DNA of 64,000 bases from assembly GCA_963727455.1 (NCBI GenBank), contig CAVSGG010000012.1:17078-81077 (forward strand). The letters are read 5' to 3'. Below the pieces are notes generated by a model that saw nothing but the letters and a program-made list of their open reading frames with translations, did no database searches and was not told where the DNA came from. Position numbers and translations under genes: made by a program. Within the stretch, counting starts at the first letter, position 1; each line of letters opens with the position of its first letter. This DNA comes from Candidatus Krumholzibacteriota bacterium. Its GTDB lineage: Bacteria > Krumholzibacteriota > Krumholzibacteriia > JAJRXK01. Below, in pieces: positions 50,770 to 61,261 of this stretch.

Positions 50770-52354
50770 GCTCCACCTCCTCTACTCCGGCACCTTCGGT
50801 GAGCGAGACACCCTCTGGGGGAATTCCCCCCGCGATCGCGGCGAACTCGGCCAATCGCGCCGACAGTTCGCTCAGCAGATCGTGTTGTGCGCGCCAGGTG
50901 GGAGCATGCCCAAAGACCTCAGCCATCCGCGCGATCAAGAGCCAGTCTTCCTCGGACTGTGGGGGACCGTCGATGGCCTTGTGCAGAGACTGCGCGCGCC
51001 GGTCCTTGTTGACGATCGTCCCCTCCTTCTCCGCGTAGGATCTGCCCGCCAGAACGAAGTCGGCAAGTTCGGAGGTGAGATTCTCGCGGCAACCCAGGTA
51101 GACCACCAGGCCGAAGTTCTGAAGAGCTTCCACAGCCGCCGGATCGAGAGCGACCAGGTCGTTCTCCAGGACGACGAGCAGGGTCTCCTTCGACGCAGCC
51201 TGAGCCAGATCCTGTGCGCTGAAATCCGAATAGCCCAAGAGGCGCGCGCCGGCGTCGTTGGGGGTACGGTCGGCCGAGAGCAGGAACTCGTCGCCTCTGT
51301 CCATCTCGCTGCCCACCAGGCGATGTCCCAGGATGGTCCCCCCCACCGCGTCCTGGAGCAGGGACTTTAGCGCATGAAGTTCCTCCAGGGTCGCGTGTGG
51401 ACTTCCCACCAACACCAGTTTCTTGCCTTCACCCAGCGCCTCGGCGCGCCCCTTCAACTGATTCCACAGATGGTCCCAGCCCACCGGCAGCTGCTGATCC
51501 CCATCCTTGAGCTTCGGTTCGAGCAAACGGTCTTCGCCCTGAACGCTGCGATAGAGGAGCCGGCCGTGGTCACACATCCAGTAGTCGTTGACTTCAAGGT
51601 TCTCGCGCGGCTGCTGCCGGTAGAGACGGCCCTCGGCGTGACCGATGATCATGTTGCAACCAGTCGCGCAACCGGGGCAGACACTCTCGGTGTTCTTCAG
51701 CCAGTACACGCGCTTTTCGAAACGGAAATCGCGGCTGGTCAAAGCACCCACGGGACAGATGTCGACGACGTTCAAACTGTAGTCGTTGTCCAGGGTCAGA
51801 CCGGGCGCAAGACCGATCTCGCTGTGATCGCCCCGGTTGAAGATTCCCATTTCGTCGGTCTTGGTGAGATGATGGGTAAACCTGGTACAGCGCGCGCAGA
51901 GTACGCAACGCTCCGCGTCCAGCATCACCAAGGGACCGATGGGCTGCACCTTGCGCTTGGCCAGCTTGTCCCCCACCTCGATGTCCGCCTCGTAGAGGCC
52001 GTACTTCATGTACTGATTCTGCAGCGCGCACTCGCCAACCTGATCGCAGATGGGACAGTCGACGGGATGGTGTAAGAGGTGGAAACCCAGGATCTGGCGT
52101 ACGGTGTTCTGTACGCGTTCGGTGCGTGTGTTCACCACCATGCCGTCGCGCACGGTGGAGTTGCAGGCGATCTGCAATTTGGGCACGCCCTCGATTTCCA
52201 CCTGGCACATGCGGCAGACTCCGACCACGGGGAGTCCGGGGTGGTAACAGAAATGAGGCAGCTTCTCTCCGCCCCGGGCGATGGTGCAGGCTTCGAAGAG
52301 GTTCATCCCCTCCTCGAATTCCCATTCCTTGCCGTCGATGGTGATCTTCGCCAC
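50762..52354 (-). CDS. nuoG: NADH-quinone oxidoreductase subunit G (short, 530 aa)
   Basis: N-terminal 2Fe-2S (CYHPGLPVVGVCRMCQVE), HHPVDCPICDQVGEC, CVLCARCTRF. The molybdopterin-like part is short. Confidence 0.85.
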   Translation of the reverse strand: MAKITIDGKEWEFEEGMNLFEACTIARGGEKLPHFCYHPGLPVVGVCRMCQVEIEGVPKLQIACNSTVRDGMVVNTRTERVQNTVRQILGFHLLHHPVDCPICDQVGECALQNQYMKYGLYEADIEVGDKLAKRKVQPIGPLVMLDAERCVLCARCTRFTHHLTKTDEMGIFNRGDHSEIGLAPGLTLDNDYSLNVVDICPVGALTSRDFRFEKRVYWLKNTESVCPGCATGCNMIIGHAEGRLYRQQPRENLEVNDYWMCDHGRLLYRSVQGEDRLLEPKLKDGDQQLPVGWDHLWNQLKGRAEALGEGKKLVLVGSPHATLEELHALKSLLQDAVGGTILGHRLVGSEMDRGDEFLLSADRTPNDAGARLLGYSDFSAQDLAQAASKETLLVVLENDLVALDPAAVEALQNFGLVVYLGCRENLTSELADFVLAGRSYAEKEGTIVNKDRRAQSLHKAIDGPPQSEEDWLLIARMAEVFGHAPTWRAQHDLLSELSARLAEFAAIAGGIPPEGVSLTEGAGVEEVERG

Positions 52355-52363
52355 GTGCTTCTC

Positions 52364-53680
52364 CTAGCCCCGGTCCTCTGCGGCCCGAGCGGTGGGCACG
52401 AAATCCTCCGGCTCCTCCCCCTTGGGGAGAAGCGCCTCGAATTCGTCGCGGAACTTGCTGATGAAACTGCGCGCGGGCATGACCGCGGCATCCGAGAGAA
52501 CGCAGATCGTCGTGCCCATCATGTTTCCACAGAGTCTCTCGATGAGCTCGAGATCCTTGGGCCGACCCTGACCTTCGAGCATTCGCTTTAGAATCATGTC
52601 GAGCCAGCCAGTTCCCTCCCGGCAGGGTGTGCACTGCCCACAGCTTTCGTGGTGGTAGAACTGGAGCACGACTTTCAAAATTTCGGGCATCTTGGCGTCA
52701 TCGCCGATCACGATGCACCCTCCGGAACCGAGCATGGTACCCAACTGTGAGAGCGACTCGTAGTCGAGCATCGCCGCCATCGTCTCTTCTGCATTGAGTA
52801 TGGGGACCGAGGAACCACCAGGGATGCAGGCCTTCAGTTCGACGCCGGGCAACATTCCCTGGCCGAAGTCCTGCCCGAAAATGAGCTCGCGCAAGGGCAG
52901 ACCCAAGGGAACTTCGTAGACCCCGGGACGTTTCACCGGCCCACTCAAGCTGAACAACTTGGTTCCGGGACTCTTTTCGGTCCCGATGGCTCGGTAAGCG
53001 TCCGCGCCGTTCTGGAGGATCCACGGAACCGAGGCCAGGGTTTCCACGTTGTTCACCACGGTCGGTGAATCCAGAAATCCCACCACGGCCGGGAAGGGTG
53101 GCTTGATGCGCGGTTGCCCCTTCTTCCCTTCGAGACTGTTGATGAGACCGGTTTCCTCACCGCAAATGTAGGCGCCCGCGCCCTTGTGCACGATGACTTC
53201 CAGCTTGTAGCCGGTACCGAGAATGTCCTCACCCAAAAGATTCGCCTCGTAGGCCTCGTCCACTGCCTTCTGCACGCGATCGACGAGCCAGCCATACTCG
53301 CCACGAATGTAGATGAAGGCATCGTGGCAATTCACCGCGTAAGACGAGATGATGATGCCTTCGATCATCTTGTGAGGATCGTAGTCGAGAATGTCGCGGT
53401 CCTTGAAAGTCCCGGGCTCGGATTCGTCCGCGTTGACCAGCAGATAGACCGGCTTCTTGGAGTCCTTGGGAACGAATCCCCACTTGACGCCGGTGGGAAA
53501 TCCCGCCCCGCCCCTCCCGCGCAGTCCGCTGTCCTTCACCACGCTCACGACTTCTTCGGCCTTCATCGTCTTGAGCGCCTTCTCGGCCGCCGCATAACCG
53601 CCACGAGAACGGTAGACCGAAAGGGTATGACTGTCCGGCACTCCCATGTTGTCCAGCAGGATTTTCGGGTAGTCACTCAC
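52364..53680 (-). CDS. nuoF: NADH-quinone oxidoreductase subunit F
   Basis: GLRGRGGAGFPTGVKW, ADESEPGTFKDR, ESCGQCTPCREG. Confidence 0.95.
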   Translation of the reverse strand: MSDYPKILLDNMGVPDSHTLSVYRSRGGYAAAEKALKTMKAEEVVSVVKDSGLRGRGGAGFPTGVKWGFVPKDSKKPVYLLVNADESEPGTFKDRDILDYDPHKMIEGIIISSYAVNCHDAFIYIRGEYGWLVDRVQKAVDEAYEANLLGEDILGTGYKLEVIVHKGAGAYICGEETGLINSLEGKKGQPRIKPPFPAVVGFLDSPTVVNNVETLASVPWILQNGADAYRAIGTEKSPGTKLFSLSGPVKRPGVYEVPLGLPLRELIFGQDFGQGMLPGVELKACIPGGSSVPILNAEETMAAMLDYESLSQLGTMLGSGGCIVIGDDAKMPEILKVVLQFYHHESCGQCTPCREGTGWLDMILKRMLEGQGRPKDLELIERLCGNMMGTTICVLSDAAVMPARSFISKFRDEFEALLPKGEEPEDFVPTARAAEDRG

Positions 53681-54233
53681 TCTGATCCCACTCCTCGATG
53701 AGCGCGTCCACTTTCTCCACCGTGAGATTTTCGTAGAAATGATCTCCGACCTGCATCATGGGCCCGTAGCCGCACGCGCCGAGACACTCGACCTCTTCCA
53801 TACGCCACTTTCCGTCCGCCGAAGTTTCGTTCGCCTCGACTCCCAGCCGGTCCTTGATGTGGTCGATGATCTTGCGCGCTCCCATGAGATGGCAGCTGAT
53901 GTTACGGCAGACCTGGAGGTTGTGCCGACCCGGGTCCTCGGTGTAGTACATCGTGTAGAAGCTGATGAGCTCGTACACACGGGTCACCGGAACCTCCAGG
54001 CGCTGCGCCACCCACTCCGGGATTCCCGGTCTCAGCCATCCCCACTCCGCCTGGCACAGCCAGAGCGTGGGCATGATCGCGCTGTAGGGAGTGGGATAGC
54101 GCCGCACGAGTTCCTGGAACTTCTCTTCCCGCTCCGCACTGAAGGCGAAGGGGCTCTCGCTCTGCGGCGCTTCGGGGCTCTCGAGCTCAGCCGCGCCCTC
54201 GACGCCCTCGCTCGCTTGCTGGTTCTCGTTCAT
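53673..54233 (-). CDS. nuoE: NADH-quinone oxidoreductase subunit E
   Basis: ATG 54233 overlaps the nuoCD stop. VCRNISCHLMG…ECLGACGYGPMMQV. Confidence 0.9.
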   Translation of the reverse strand: MNENQQASEGVEGAAELESPEAPQSESPFAFSAEREEKFQELVRRYPTPYSAIMPTLWLCQAEWGWLRPGIPEWVAQRLEVPVTRVYELISFYTMYYTEDPGRHNLQVCRNISCHLMGARKIIDHIKDRLGVEANETSADGKWRMEEVECLGACGYGPMMQVGDHFYENLTVEKVDALIEEWDQSE

Positions 54234-55982
54234 CGATCCAACTCTCCGGCGACGATATTCAATCCGCCCAGGATGGCGATGGCGTCGGGCACCATCAGGC
54301 CCTGGACGAGGGTGGGAAAGGACGAAAAGATGGGAAAGCACGGCGGCCGGACCTTGATCCGGTAGGGATGCCCCGAACCATCACTCACGCAATAGAATCC
54401 GAGTTCGCCGTTGGCCGCCTCGGTGAAACCGTAGCCCTCGCCTGCGGGAACCTGGATACCCTCGAAGATGATCTTGAAGTGATTCATCATCCCCTCGATC
54501 GAGTTGTACACCTCGTCCTTGGGGGGCAGCACACAGCGGCGGTCATCGGCTTGAACCGGACCCTGCGGTAGCTTTTCCAAAGCCTGGCGGATGATGGAGA
54601 TCGACTGGTAGATCTCCTCGACGCGCACCATGATACGGTCGTAGGCGTCGCCGTTCTCACCAATGGGGATGTCGAAATCGTAGTTCTCGTAGCCGGAATA
54701 GGGGAAGGCTTTGCGCACGTCGTAGGCCACTCCGGTGGCACGCAGACACGGTCCGGTGTAGCCCCAACTCAGAGCATCCTTCTCGCTGATCGCACCGATG
54801 CCGACAGTACGATCCATGAGAATCCGGTTGCGCTGCACCAGACCCATCATGTCGGAGACGCCCTTCTCGACCTTGGGCAGGGCATTCAGGAGATCGTTTT
54901 CGAATCCCTCGTAGAGATCGCGGTAGAGCCCGCCGATGCGGGTGTAGCTCGTCGTGAGTCTCTCGCCGCACAGGCGCTCCACGATGTTGTTGAAGTACTC
55001 GCGCGCATTCCAGGTGTACCAGTAGTTGGTCAGTGCTCCGATGTCCACCAGGTTGGTGCCGGTGGCCACGAGATGATCCATGATGCGACCCATCTCGCTG
55101 ACGATGACGCGGATGGCCTGTGCGCGCGGGGGAATCTCCACCCCCAGGAGCTTTTCCACCGCCAAGACGTAGCCCACGTTGTTCGTGAGGGCGCTCACGT
55201 AATTCAAACGATCGGTATAGGGGATCACCTGGTGCCAGGTGTGATCTTCGGCCTCTTTCTCGAAGCAGCGGTGCAGATAGCCAATCTCCGCCTTCCCGTG
55301 CACGATCGTCTCGCCGTCCAGTACCGCCTCGATGCGCAGAGCGCCGTGCGTGGCGGGATGACTGGGTCCGATGTTCACCGGGAGGTAGTCGGAGTGCATT
55401 TCGTCGCTGAATTCCCCTCCGAGCGTGCCTTCCCATCCTCCTTCGGTGCCCCACTGTCCTTTGTGGGAGGACTCACGGCCGGGAAGTATCTCCTCGTCGG
55501 AAAGGAGCTTCTCGACCGTGTAGCACATTTGCCCCTTTCCGATGGGGTAGTCCTTACGCAGCGCATTGCCTTTGAACTCGTGGTGGCAGAGGATGCGCCG
55601 CAAATCGGGATGATCGGAAAACTTCACCCCGTACATGTCGAAGACTTCACGCTCGTGCCAGTTGGCCGAATTGTAGAGACCGGTGGCACTGGGAACGGTT
55701 CTCGTCCTCGTTCACGCGGGTCCGCACGCGAATGCGGTGGCCCTTCTCGATACTGCGCAGGTTGTAGATCACCTCGAAGCGCTTCTCGCGCTGCGGAAAA
55801 TCTACCCCGACGACATCCAGAAGGAGATTGCAGTCGCACTGTGAATCGTCACGCAAGAAGCGCAAAACTTCGGGGAGGTCCTGGGGAGCGACATCGACGC
55901 TGCTGTCTCCGAGAGCTTCGCTTTGGCCCAAGATCTTCTCGCCAAACTGCTCCTGGACGCGCTCAGACAGTCTTCTGGACAC
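54230..55982 (-). CDS. nuoCD: Fused NADH-quinone oxidoreductase subunit C/D; one frameshift in the C part as sequenced
   Basis: NuoC N-terminus (…KRFEVIYNLRSIEKGHRIRVRTRVNEDE) in one frame. The rest (TVPSATGLYNSANWHEREVFDMYGVKFSDHPDLRRIL…) runs without a stop into NuoD (NIGPSHPATHGALR…GELGFY…RIKVRPPCF). Frame switch at about 55697-55702. Confidence 0.85.
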
Positions 55983-56469
55983 GGTGACGCTCCTTGGCGG
56001 CCTTTACACCTTCGCGTTCGATCTTCTTTTGGAGTTGCACCAGAGCACCCAGCAAATTCTCTGGAGTGGGCGGACATCCCGCAACGTAGAGATCGGTGGG
56101 AATCACGCGGTCGATTCCCTGCAGCGTGCCGTAATTGTTATAGAAGCCCCCCGAGCTAGCACACACCCCCATGGCGATTACCCACTTGGGTTCGGCCATC
56201 TGCTCGTAGATGCGCTTGAGAATCGGCGCCTGCTTGTAGGAAATCGTTCCCGCCACCAGCAGGAGATCACTCTGCCTGGGACTGAAACGAATGGCTTCGG
56301 CACCGAAGCGCGACACGTCGCTCATCGATCCCACGACACCCATGAACTCGATGGCGCAACACGCCGTGCCGAAGGGCATGGGCCACAGACTGTACTTTCT
56401 GCCCCAATTCAGCGCGTGACGAAGACTCGTGGTGATGTAGTTCGAAGGATGGTCGAGACTCACTCCCAT
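55963..56469 (-). CDS. nuoB: NADH-quinone oxidoreductase subunit B
   Basis: SLWPMPFGTACCAIE…GVCASSGG…VAGCPPTPE. Start at 56469 (or 56490). Confidence 0.9.
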   Translation of the reverse strand: MGVSLDHPSNYITTSLRHALNWGRKYSLWPMPFGTACCAIEFMGVVGSMSDVSRFGAEAIRFSPRQSDLLLVAGTISYKQAPILKRIYEQMAEPKWVIAMGVCASSGGFYNNYGTLQGIDRVIPTDLYVAGCPPTPENLLGALVQLQKKIEREGVKAAKERHRVQKTV

Positions 56470-56837
56470 TCCAAAGCCCCCTTCTTCCATTCGTAGAGAA
56501 GTCCCACCACTAGGAGTACGAAAAACGCACTCATCGCAAGAAAGAGCTTCAGGCCCACGCCCATCGCGACGAAAGAGCGAAAGTTGAGCGCCCACGGCAC
56601 GAGAAATACCGTTTCCAGGTCGAAGAGCAAGAAGAGGAGGGCCACCACGTAGAAGCGCACGAAGAAGCGGACTTTGGTGGTGCCCCGGCTGGGAACCCCG
56701 CACTCGTAGGTCGTCTGTTTCCCGGGCGTGGGGTTGCTCGGGCCCAGGAGCCTGGAGAGCAAAAGGAACAACAGACTGAATCCGGTCGCGATGATCACTA
56801 CCAAGAGAATCGGAAAGTAGTCGTTCATCGAGAACAC
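56460..56837 (-). CDS. nuoA: NADH-quinone oxidoreductase subunit A
   Basis: YECGV…FYVVALLFLLFDLETVFLVPWA. First gene of the operon. Confidence 0.9.
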   Translation of the reverse strand: MFSMNDYFPILLVVIIATGFSLLFLLLSRLLGPSNPTPGKQTTYECGVPSRGTTKVRFFVRFYVVALLFLLFDLETVFLVPWALNFRSFVAMGVGLKLFLAMSAFFVLLVVGLLYEWKKGALEWE

Positions 56838-57000
56838 ACTCCGTCAGCCGTGGGGAGGGGAGCCGGTTGCAGGGGCGCGCCCAAGCCCTTCCCCCGGCCA
56901 AAATCTACCGATGCAGCGCTAGGTGCTTGCGGGGCGCAAAGCTATACATCATACAGAAGGAAGTCAACCGAAGCCCCCCGCCCCCAAAGAGCCCCCGCGC

Positions 57001-58464
57001 ATGCCCACGACCTCGTTGAACATTCCTGTCGCGCTGGATCCTCTGCAGGTGGCGAGCGGGCTGGCCGAGCGTCCCGGCACGCTGCTCTTGCATACACAGC
57101 GGCCCTGGGGGCGCTACCGGCGTTCCGCGCTTCTCTTCGACCCACGCTGGGTGCTACGCCAACGCGCCTCAGAGACGCCGCAGTGGAGCGGAGAAGTGCC
57201 GGCAGGGGAACCCCCGGCCGAGGACGCCGACCGCTTGATGGGAAAACTGGCAGATCTTTGGCCACTTGACCCAGCCCCTCGAGCCCACTTCACCGGGCTC
57301 GCCGGTTGCCTGAGCTTCGAACTGGGCAGCGCCCGCTATGGTCTGAGGGCAGCCCAAGCTCCCCCTTTCGACCTACCAGATGCCTGGATCGGCGCCTTCG
57401 ATCTGGCGCTGGTCTTCGGCACGGACGAGCCGACCCGTCTCATCGTTTCCGATCTGTATCCACTCGTGCCGCGCCGCGGGCACACCGGAAGCGGAGACGC
57501 CACCGCGCTGCTCCACGCGCGGGTGGAACATGCACTGACGCTCATGGAAGAGGCGAATGCGCGCGCGCTCCGAAGAAACGAGGCGATGCGAGGCCGCCCA
57601 CGCGCCATCAGGGGCGTGCGCGAAGCAAGCTTCTTCGACGAGCGTTGGCACGCGCGCGCGGTGGAAAGCGTGAAGCACCACTTGCGAGCGGGGGATGTCT
57701 ACCAGGTCAACCTCACGGGAATGGCGACCGCACGCTCGGACATCTCGCCCTTCGATGCCTTCCTGGATCAGGCCGCGCGCAACCCGGTGCCCTTTGCCGC
57801 CTTCTTGAACACCGGTGAAGCCACGATCTGTTCCCACTCCCCCGAGCTTCTGCTCGGCCTATCCGGCGAGCGCGCCGAAACCGCTCCCATCAAGGGCACG
57901 GCCCTCGAGGCGTTTGGAGACTGGAAGGGCCTGAGAGAGAGCGCAAAGGAGTGCGCCGAGCACCTCATGATCGTCGATCTCTGTCGCAATGATCTCGGTG
58001 CCGCGGCCCGCTATGGCACGGTGAAGGTCAAGGAGTTCATGGCGCCTCTGCGCCTCCACCATCTCGTCCATTTGGTGAGCCGAATCGAGGCGAGAGTTCC
58101 CACGGCCAACCGCCCCCGGCTGCTCAGCGATCTCTTCCCCGGCGGCAGCGTAACCGGCGCCCCCAAGCGGCGGGCGATCGAGATCATCACGCGCCTGGAG
58201 ACCGGCGCGCGCGGCCCCTACACCGGCAGTCTGGGATTCTTCGACAGAAGCGGCCGCGGCGTGTGGAACATCGCCATCCGAACGGCGGTATGGCAGGAGG
58301 GCACGGTGGCCTTCGGCTGCGGCGGAGGGATCGTGCTCGATAGCGATCCTGCAGCTGAGTACAAGGAGGCCGTGTTGAAGGCGCGCTCGTTCTTTGATAC
58401 CCTGAATACCCTGAGCGCGCACGACCGTGACGCGCGCCCCGCGGCCCAGCAAGGAGCACCATGA
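57001..58464 (+). CDS. pabB: Aminodeoxychorismate synthase component I (chorismate-binding enzyme)
   Basis: GDVYQVNL, SPELLL, PIKGT, DLCRNDLG, LFPGGSVTGAPKRRAIEII, RGPYTGSLGFF. Translationally coupled to a class IV aminotransferase-fold gene. Confidence 0.8.
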   Translation: MPTTSLNIPVALDPLQVASGLAERPGTLLLHTQRPWGRYRRSALLFDPRWVLRQRASETPQWSGEVPAGEPPAEDADRLMGKLADLWPLDPAPRAHFTGLAGCLSFELGSARYGLRAAQAPPFDLPDAWIGAFDLALVFGTDEPTRLIVSDLYPLVPRRGHTGSGDATALLHARVEHALTLMEEANARALRRNEAMRGRPRAIRGVREASFFDERWHARAVESVKHHLRAGDVYQVNLTGMATARSDISPFDAFLDQAARNPVPFAAFLNTGEATICSHSPELLLGLSGERAETAPIKGTALEAFGDWKGLRESAKECAEHLMIVDLCRNDLGAAARYGTVKVKEFMAPLRLHHLVHLVSRIEARVPTANRPRLLSDLFPGGSVTGAPKRRAIEIITRLETGARGPYTGSLGFFDRSGRGVWNIAIRTAVWQEGTVAFGCGGGIVLDSDPAAEYKEAVLKARSFFDTLNTLSAHDRDARPAAQQGAP

Positions 58465-59345
58465 AGGTTCACCTGAACGGCGAACTCGTCGCTGCCGATG
58501 AGGCTCGGGTCTCGCCCTTTGATGCCGGATATCTCTATGGCGACGGGCTCTTCGACACACTGAGGAGCTATCGTGGATTCAACTACTTGCTCGCCGAACA
58601 CGTACAGCGTCTGGCCCGCGAAGCGGAACTCCTGCAGATCCCCTTCGATTCCTCCCCCGGAACTTGGGACCACCTCATCGGCGAGGTTTTGCAAGCGAAC
58701 GATCTTCAGGACAAGGACGCCCGCGTGCGCATCCAAATCAGCCGCGGCGGAGGACCCCGCACCGATCAAGTCAGTGTCGATCCCGAGCAGATGCAGCCGG
58801 TGGTTTTCATCGTCGCCACCGAGGTGTCGGAGGAGGTGTCGTCGCTGCAGGAGCGCGGCGCGCGCATTCTTTCCATGCAGAGCGCATTCGCGCGCGGGAA
58901 CTTCCCTCAGATCAAATCTCTCAACTACTTGCCCAGCATCATGGCACTGCGTTTCGCGCGCGCCAGAGGATTTGACGAAGCCTGTCTGCTGAACCGTCAG
59001 AACAAAGTGCTCGAGTGTGCCACCTCGAACATCTTCCTCTTGAAGGGGAAAGTCCTGCGAACCCCCTCCCGCCGCCTGGGAATTCTTCCCGGTATCACGC
59101 GCGGTAGAATCATGCAACTGGCGGAGCAGCAGGGGCTGAAAGTCGAGGAGGCCGCCAGTGAACTGCGCGATCTGGTGACGGCGGACGAGGTCTTCCTCAC
59201 CGGTTCGGTAAAGGAGATCACCCCGGTGGTGGGCTTGGACGAGGGGCCCGTCGCGGGCGGGCGGGCCGGCGAGTGGACGAGGCGCCTGCAGGACGCCTAT
59301 CGCGAGGACATCGAGTTGACCCGCGGCGCTCAAGCCGCGGGCTGA
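58461..59345 (+). CDS. pabC: Aminodeoxychorismate lyase / class IV aminotransferase family protein
   Basis: ATGA overlap with pabB. FDAGYLYGDGLFDTLR, IKSLNYLPSIMA, NIFLLKGKVLRTP, GILPGITR. Confidence 0.75.
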   Translation: MKVHLNGELVAADEARVSPFDAGYLYGDGLFDTLRSYRGFNYLLAEHVQRLAREAELLQIPFDSSPGTWDHLIGEVLQANDLQDKDARVRIQISRGGGPRTDQVSVDPEQMQPVVFIVATEVSEEVSSLQERGARILSMQSAFARGNFPQIKSLNYLPSIMALRFARARGFDEACLLNRQNKVLECATSNIFLLKGKVLRTPSRRLGILPGITRGRIMQLAEQQGLKVEEAASELRDLVTADEVFLTGSVKEITPVVGLDEGPVAGGRAGEWTRRLQDAYREDIELTRGAQAAG

Positions 59346-59350
59346 GAAAT

Positions 59351-59386
59351 GCCCCGGCCGCGCGCGGCGCGACCGGGGCTTCTTTG
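59351..59386 (+). terminator. Terminator hairpin after pabC
   Basis: GCCCCGG-(15 nt)-CCGGGGC followed by TTCTTTG. Confidence 0.5.
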
Positions 59387-59426
59387 GAACGAGGCTCCTC
59401 TTCCCGGCACGTTCCGCCGGGAATTT

Positions 59427-60240
59427 CTACTTATAGCGTTTGATGATGTGGAACCCGAAAGGCGTTTCCACAATTCCACTTACCTCGCCAACCTTCAGCT
59501 TGAAAGCCGCGTCCTCGAAGGGGCCAACCATCATCCCGCGTCCGAAGGCGCCCAGGTCGCCGCCCCGCATCTTGGTCGGGCCGTCGCTGTACTCCTCCGC
59601 CACCTTCGCGAAGTCCTCCCCCGCCTTGATCTTGGCCAGCGCGGAGTCGGCGCGCGCCATGGCCTCCTCACGCGTCCGCGTGATGTTCGGCGGTTTGCGA
59701 ACCGAACCGTCGTACATGACGAGGATGTGACGGCAGGAGATCTTCTCGACCTTCTTGCGCAGGATCACGTGGTAGCCGAAGGGAGTTTCCACTGGGTCGC
59801 TAATGCCGCCAATGGGCAGTTTCTCGATCGCCGCGTCGAATTGGGGAATCATGCGCCCCTTCTGCCAAATCCCCAAGTTCCCGCCGCGCTCGGCGGAGGG
59901 TCCGTCGGAGTATTCCTTCGCGAGCTCAGCGAAGTCCTCGCCCTTACGGGCGCGCTCGGCGATCTGCTTGGCCAGTGCGAGTGCCTCTTCCTTGGTCCGA
60001 GTGATTGGTGGAGTCGGCTCTCTGACTTCCCTTGTACTGGATCAAAATATGCGCGCCCGCGAACTCGACGGGCTGCGCAGGGGTCGCGTTCATGCTGTCG
60101 CCCGTTGCAGTCTGAGCCGTGGCCTCTTCCGTGCTAGTGTTCGCGCTAGCATTTTCCTCCGCCTCGGTCTTCTTGCCGGTGCAAGCGCTGAGTGCGATGA
60201 GGAGGATCGCCAGGGCGACCATGATGTGACGGTGCTTCAT
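59427..60240 (-). CDS. Lipoprotein peptidyl-prolyl cis-trans isomerase with two parvulin (PpiC) domains; one frameshift as sequenced
   Basis: MKHRHIMVALAILLIALSAC lipobox. Domain 1 …AHILIQYKGSQRA / (frame switch about 60010-60020) / PPITRTKEEALALAKQ…GGNLGIWQKGRMIPQFD…PFGYHVI. Domain 2 CRHILVMYDGS…GGDLGAFGRGMMVGPFE…PFGFHIIKR. Confidence 0.8.
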
Positions 60241-60265
60241 TCTCATTCCTTAGAGGGTAATGTAA

Positions 60266-61261
60266 TCAGCCGGCCATCTTGCCCAGCAAATCCACGACCC
60301 GGTTCGAGTAGCCCCATTCGTTGTCGTACCAGCTCACGACACGCGCCATTCCCACGGGATGGCTCTGTGTGCTGGGTGCATCGAAGATGCTCGAATGGGA
60401 ATTGCCGATGATGTCGCTGGATACCAGCGCCTCCTCGGAGTACAGAAGGACGGAGGCCATGGGTCCGGCTGCCGCCTCTTTCATCGCTCGATTGATGTCC
60501 TCGACGCTGGCTGGCCGTTGCAGTACGACCGTCAGGTCCACGATCGAACCGTCGGGTACGGGCACCCTCATGGCCATCCCATCGAGCTTACCATCCAGAG
60601 CAGGCAACACTTTGCCGACCGCCCGTGCTGCGCCGGTGGTGGTGGGAATGATGTTCTCCGCCGCCGCCCGGCTCCGGCGAAGATCCTTGTGAGGCACGTC
60701 GGCCAGCCTCTGGTCGTTGGTGTAGGCGTGAACCGTGGTGACCAGGCCCTTCTCGATGCCGAAGCTCTCGTGCAGGACCTTGGCCACCGGCGCCAGACAG
60801 TTGGTGGTACAGGAGGCGTTGGAAACGATGCGGTGTTCTGGTTTGAGCGTTTCATCGTTCACTCCCAGAACGATCGTCGCGTCGATCGCATCCTTGGCGG
60901 GTACCGTCAGCAAGACTTTGCCCGCCCCCGCCTTGAGGTGCGGTTCGAGGGTCTCGCGGGTACGAAAGCGCCCGGTGGATTCGATCACGAGATCCACGCC
61001 GAGTTCCTTCCAGGGCAACTCCAGGACCTCTCCGATCGCGGTCATGCGCGGACTCTGCGTTCCCGCTTTGAGTACGCTCTCCGAGAGCTCGACTTTCCCC
61101 TCGTAGGTGCCCATCACCGTGTCGTACTTGAAGAGATAGGCCAGGGCTTCGTTGGAGGCGATGTCGTTGATCGCGACGACCTTGACGTCCTCGCGCCGTG
61201 AGAGGATACGAAACACGCTGCGTCCGATGCGTCCAAATCCATTGATGGCTACCGTGATCAT
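60266..61261 (-). CDS. gap: Type I glyceraldehyde-3-phosphate dehydrogenase
   Basis: Intact 331 aa. INGFGRIGR, SNASCTTNCLAP, WYDNEWGYS. AGGGAGG precedes the ATG. Confidence 0.95.
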   Translation of the reverse strand: MITVAINGFGRIGRSVFRILSRREDVKVVAINDIASNEALAYLFKYDTVMGTYEGKVELSESVLKAGTQSPRMTAIGEVLELPWKELGVDLVIESTGRFRTRETLEPHLKAGAGKVLLTVPAKDAIDATIVLGVNDETLKPEHRIVSNASCTTNCLAPVAKVLHESFGIEKGLVTTVHAYTNDQRLADVPHKDLRRSRAAAENIIPTTTGAARAVGKVLPALDGKLDGMAMRVPVPDGSIVDLTVVLQRPASVEDINRAMKEAAAGPMASVLLYSEEALVSSDIIGNSHSSIFDAPSTQSHPVGMARVVSWYDNEWGYSNRVVDLLGKMAG

